From IMG/VR virus record IMGVR_UViG_3300031774_002347: DNA of 20,000 nucleotides, one strand, 5' to 3'. The notes below the pieces were generated by a model, which was not told where the DNA came from, did not search any database, and saw only the letters and a program-made list of their open reading frames with translations. The position numbers were made by a program, and so were the translations under genes. The DNA comes from an uncultured virus (IMG/VR IMGVR_UViG_3300031774_002347). Lineage: Duplodnaviria; Heunggongvirae; Uroviricota; Caudoviricetes. The number at the start of each line of letters is the position of its first letter. The stretch's first letter is position 1. Below are positions 17,314 through 20,000 of this stretch, in pieces.

Positions 17314-18463
17314 AGTATTTATGGACAAGAATGCTCACAAATCAGTACGAAAAGTATTGGAGAGTGGGTTTATAGGACAAGGACCAAAGGTAGAAGAGTT
17401 TGAAAGTAATTTAAAAGAATACTTTGGAGTTGATTATATCTCGACTGTAAATGCTGCAACATCTGCAGAACATTTAGCATTACACCAATTAAAAAAACCA
17501 ATAGATGAAGTATTTGAGGGTTGTGCATCAAGAAATATCTGGCCTGGATTAGAGGATGGTGATGAAGTATTAACCACACCATTAACTTGTACTGCAACCA
17601 ACTGGCCAATACTTGCAAATAACCTAAAGATAAAATGGGTTGATGTAGATGAGAAAACATTGAATATGGACTTGGTTGATTTAGAAAGAAAGATAACAAA
17701 GAAAACAAAAGTTATATTTGTTGTACATTGGGGTGGTTATCCAGTCGATTTAGATAGATTAGATATGATTGCAAGGAACGCAGAAAAACGATTTGGTTTT
17801 AAACCAGCAATTATAGAAGATTGTGCTCACGCGATGGGTTCTACATATAATAACAAACCAATAGGTTCTCACGGAAATTGGTGTACATTTAGTTTTCAAG
17901 CAATTAAACACATCACAACGGGTGATGGTGGAATATTAATCACACCAGATAGAGAATCTTATGATAGGTCTAAGTTGTTAAGGTGGTATGGTATAGATAG
18001 AGAATCTAATAAGAAAGATTTCAGATGTGAAGAAGATATCAAAGAGTGGGGATATAAATTTCATATGAATGATATTGCTGCAACACTTGGTATTGAGAAC
18101 TTTAAACATTTAGATGAGATAGTTAGTAAACATCAAGAGAATGCACAATACTATGATGAAGAGTTAAGTGATGTAACAGATGTACAATTATTAGAAAGAA
18201 AACCTAATCACAAATCATCATTTTGGATTTATAGTTTATTAGTTGATAGAAAAGATGAGTTTATGGAACATATGAAGAAACACGATATTATGGTATCACA
18301 AGTACACGAAAGAAATGATATTCATAGTTGTGTAAAAGAATTTGAAAGAAACCTACCTACACTTGATAAGATTACACCAAGATTAATTGCAATACCAGTT
18401 GGTTGGTGGGTTACTAAAAAAGAACGAGAGTATATCGTTCAGACTATTAAAAAAGGCTGGTAG
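17297..18463 (+). CDS. DegT/DnrJ/EryC1/StrS PLP-dependent sugar aminotransferase
   Basis: SGFIGQGPKVEEFE, GDEV, VHWGG, IEDCAHAMGS, FSFQAIKHITTGDGG (PLP Lys), GYKFHM. Confidence 0.95.
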   Translation: MIPLFKVFMDKNAHKSVRKVLESGFIGQGPKVEEFESNLKEYFGVDYISTVNAATSAEHLALHQLKKPIDEVFEGCASRNIWPGLEDGDEVLTTPLTCTATNWPILANNLKIKWVDVDEKTLNMDLVDLERKITKKTKVIFVVHWGGYPVDLDRLDMIARNAEKRFGFKPAIIEDCAHAMGSTYNNKPIGSHGNWCTFSFQAIKHITTGDGGILITPDRESYDRSKLLRWYGIDRESNKKDFRCEEDIKEWGYKFHMNDIAATLGIENFKHLDEIVSKHQENAQYYDEELSDVTDVQLLERKPNHKSSFWIYSLLVDRKDEFMEHMKKHDIMVSQVHERNDIHSCVKEFERNLPTLDKITPRLIAIPVGWWVTKKEREYIVQTIKKGW

Positions 18464-18466
18464 ATT

Positions 18467-19084
18467 ATGTTAACACCTAATATACATCCACGAGAAATAG
18501 AATTAGTACAGAGTTATTGCAAAGATGATTCGGTAATGTTAGAGTGGGGTTGTGGTGGTAGTACTACAATATTCCCAAAGTATGTAAAGAAGTTTTATAG
18601 TATAGAACATAACTTAGATTGGTATTGGAATGTACAACAGGAGATATATGATGATAAACTTGATAACGCAGAAATACACTTATGTGATATACCAAAGGGT
18701 GTACCAACCAATAGAGAGGAATTTTGGAACAAGTATGATGATAATATACTATATGCTTCAGAACATTTAGATAATCATAATATACCAAAGTTAGATGATT
18801 GTGTATATCCAAGAGATAAATATGTTTGGGGTGAGTACATAGATTATGTAGATAACTTGGGGGTTGACCATTTTGATATAGTATTTATAGATGGTAGAGC
18901 AAGAACAGATTGTGCTTATAAAGTATTGAATTATATAGATGAAAATTCCATCGTGTTCATACACGATTTCTGGCCAAGACCAGAGTACCATAAAGTGTTT
19001 GATTATTATACTGAAGTTGTTAGTATAAAAGATACGCAAGTAGGAGATGGTGGACAAACGATAGTAGGATTGAAAAAGAAGTGA
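18467..19084 (+). CDS. Class I SAM-dependent methyltransferase (glycan O-methyltransferase-like)
   Basis: MLEWGCGGST, SIEHNLDW, FDIVFIDGRAR, VFIHDF. Confidence 0.85.
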   Translation: MLTPNIHPREIELVQSYCKDDSVMLEWGCGGSTTIFPKYVKKFYSIEHNLDWYWNVQQEIYDDKLDNAEIHLCDIPKGVPTNREEFWNKYDDNILYASEHLDNHNIPKLDDCVYPRDKYVWGEYIDYVDNLGVDHFDIVFIDGRARTDCAYKVLNYIDENSIVFIHDFWPRPEYHKVFDYYTEVVSIKDTQVGDGGQTIVGLKKK

Positions 19085-19635
19085 ATAAACAAAAAGAGTT
19101 ATTAACTATATTAGAATCAAATGATATAAATATAGATATTTTGAAAGAGAATGATGTTTGTTTAATGGGTGGTAGTATTCTAAAATTAATGATGGAGTTA
19201 CCATTAGATTCAGATTTAGATTTATATTTTAGAGATTACGAAAAATACAAAAATGTAGATGATTATTTTAGAGATTCATTTGAATGTATAGAAGAAACTA
19301 ATGCATTCAAAAATTATAAATGTAAGGATTTAATTGTTCAATTGATATGGAACAACGATGATAATGTGAGGTGGGGAAAGGGAAGTTACGATGATGTGGT
19401 TTCTAATTTTGATTTCACTATAATCACTGGTGGATACGAGTTTAAAAACGAAATGTTTAGATATTCACCTACATATTTTGATGATATATCACATAAAAGG
19501 TTAATTTGTAATCATTGGCCACTAAGAGTTGAGAATTATCATACCATTGAACAATTACTTGGTAGAATAGATAAATTTAAGAAGATGGGATTTACAATCA
19601 GTAGTGATTTGTTAAATCAAATAAAGGAGTTATGA
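19081..19635 (+). CDS. Pol-beta superfamily nucleotidyltransferase (CCA/poly(A) polymerase head-like)
   Basis: GTG start. LMGGSI...SDLDLYF (GG/GS...DxD), VQLI, NFDFTI (RRDFT-like), RIDKFKKMGF. Confidence 0.7.
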   Translation: MNKQKELLTILESNDINIDILKENDVCLMGGSILKLMMELPLDSDLDLYFRDYEKYKNVDDYFRDSFECIEETNAFKNYKCKDLIVQLIWNNDDNVRWGKGSYDDVVSNFDFTIITGGYEFKNEMFRYSPTYFDDISHKRLICNHWPLRVENYHTIEQLLGRIDKFKKMGFTISSDLLNQIKEL

Positions 19636-19871
19636 TGGTGAAAGAGTTAGTGGAGAGAGAATATACAGATTTAAGGTCATCAGTAAATGCGGTTGGTGAA
19701 GTGGTAACACAAATCATACATTTTGTTGGTGGGGAGAAAAGAACATTTAACCATGTCATATCAAAATCATTATTACAAGGACAGTTTACTAAATTTAAAC
19801 AAACTGATGGTACTTGGGTAATGGTTAATGATAAAAACATATTATGTATTGAGGTTTTTAATGAAGAGTAA
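19632..19871 (+). CDS. Hypothetical small beta-rich protein
   Basis: 79 aa with an AAGGAG RBS; coupled to genes on both sides. Confidence 0.7.
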   Translation: MMVKELVEREYTDLRSSVNAVGEVVTQIIHFVGGEKRTFNHVISKSLLQGQFTKFKQTDGTWVMVNDKNILCIEVFNEE

Positions 19872-20000
19872 AAATGTAGTATTTATGACTGCAATGGTAG
19901 ATGCACCAGATAGATTAGATTATGCTGAGTGGTGTTATAAATCGTGGCAATATTGGTGTGATAAGAATGATGTAGAGTTATTCATATTAGAAGATGAGTT
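19861..20000 (+). CDS. Partial CDS running off the window; probable glycosyltransferase N-terminus
   Basis: MKSKNVVFMTAMVDAPDRLDYAEWCYKSWQYWCDKNDVELFILEDE stays open to the window end. GAGG RBS. S..YWC.K.D resembles GT8/GT34-type N-termini. Confidence 0.55.
   Translation, partial: MKSKNVVFMTAMVDAPDRLDYAEWCYKSWQYWCDKNDVELFILEDE

Noticed and set aside
691..19840. All minus-strand ORFs in the track (e.g. 691-1008, 4040-4453, 14303-14725, 17370-17708)
   Set aside because: They are antisense shadows of well-supported + strand genes, with no motifs and atypical composition.
3447..20000. Ordinary bacterial O-antigen or capsule locus
   Set aside because: No flippase, polymerase, exporter or priming transferase was seen, and it is flanked by phage-type genes with phage-like packing. 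A cellular origin cannot be fully excluded from this window alone.
1..20000. Stop-codon reassignment (alternative genetic code seen in some large phages)
   Set aside because: Genes are full length in code 11, and TAA, TGA and TAG all terminate genes at coupled junctions.
1..20000. tRNAs, structured ncRNAs, introns/inteins, intrinsic terminators
   Set aside because: Intergenic gaps are at most about 60 nt, with no cloverleaf or GC hairpin plus U-tract seen, and no protein shows an intein-sized insertion.

Overview
AT-rich, very gene-dense window with all credible genes on the + strand, mostly translationally coupled. It looks like part of a large dsDNA tailed phage genome (T4-like/jumbo type): it has a gp62-like clamp-loader subunit and no cellular housekeeping genes. 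The left 3.4 kb holds replication and nucleotide-metabolism genes: clamp-loader small subunit, ClpP-like protease, DUF1599/Nmad1 protein, Cas4/AddB-like Fe-S nuclease, SLOG protein and an RHH-like regulator. From 3.4 kb to past the right edge runs a >16 kb glycan synthesis and modification island with about 9-10 glycosyltransferase-like genes of several folds. It also encodes an SIS-HAD fusion, two cytidylyltransferases (TagD/RfaE-like and NeuA-like), a Maf/DUF115-like transferase, a DegT aminotransferase, an SDR, a cupin, PIG-L and SGNH deacylase-like proteins and a methyltransferase. No membrane, flippase or polymerase component was seen. Other signals: a (L/I)KLPKL peptide repeated at the outer ends of the GT4 gene pair, no GATC anywhere on manual reading, a 47-aa ORF missed by the ORF track, and a recurring TATTTAT intergenic motif. 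All family calls are from motif recognition by eye, not database searches.
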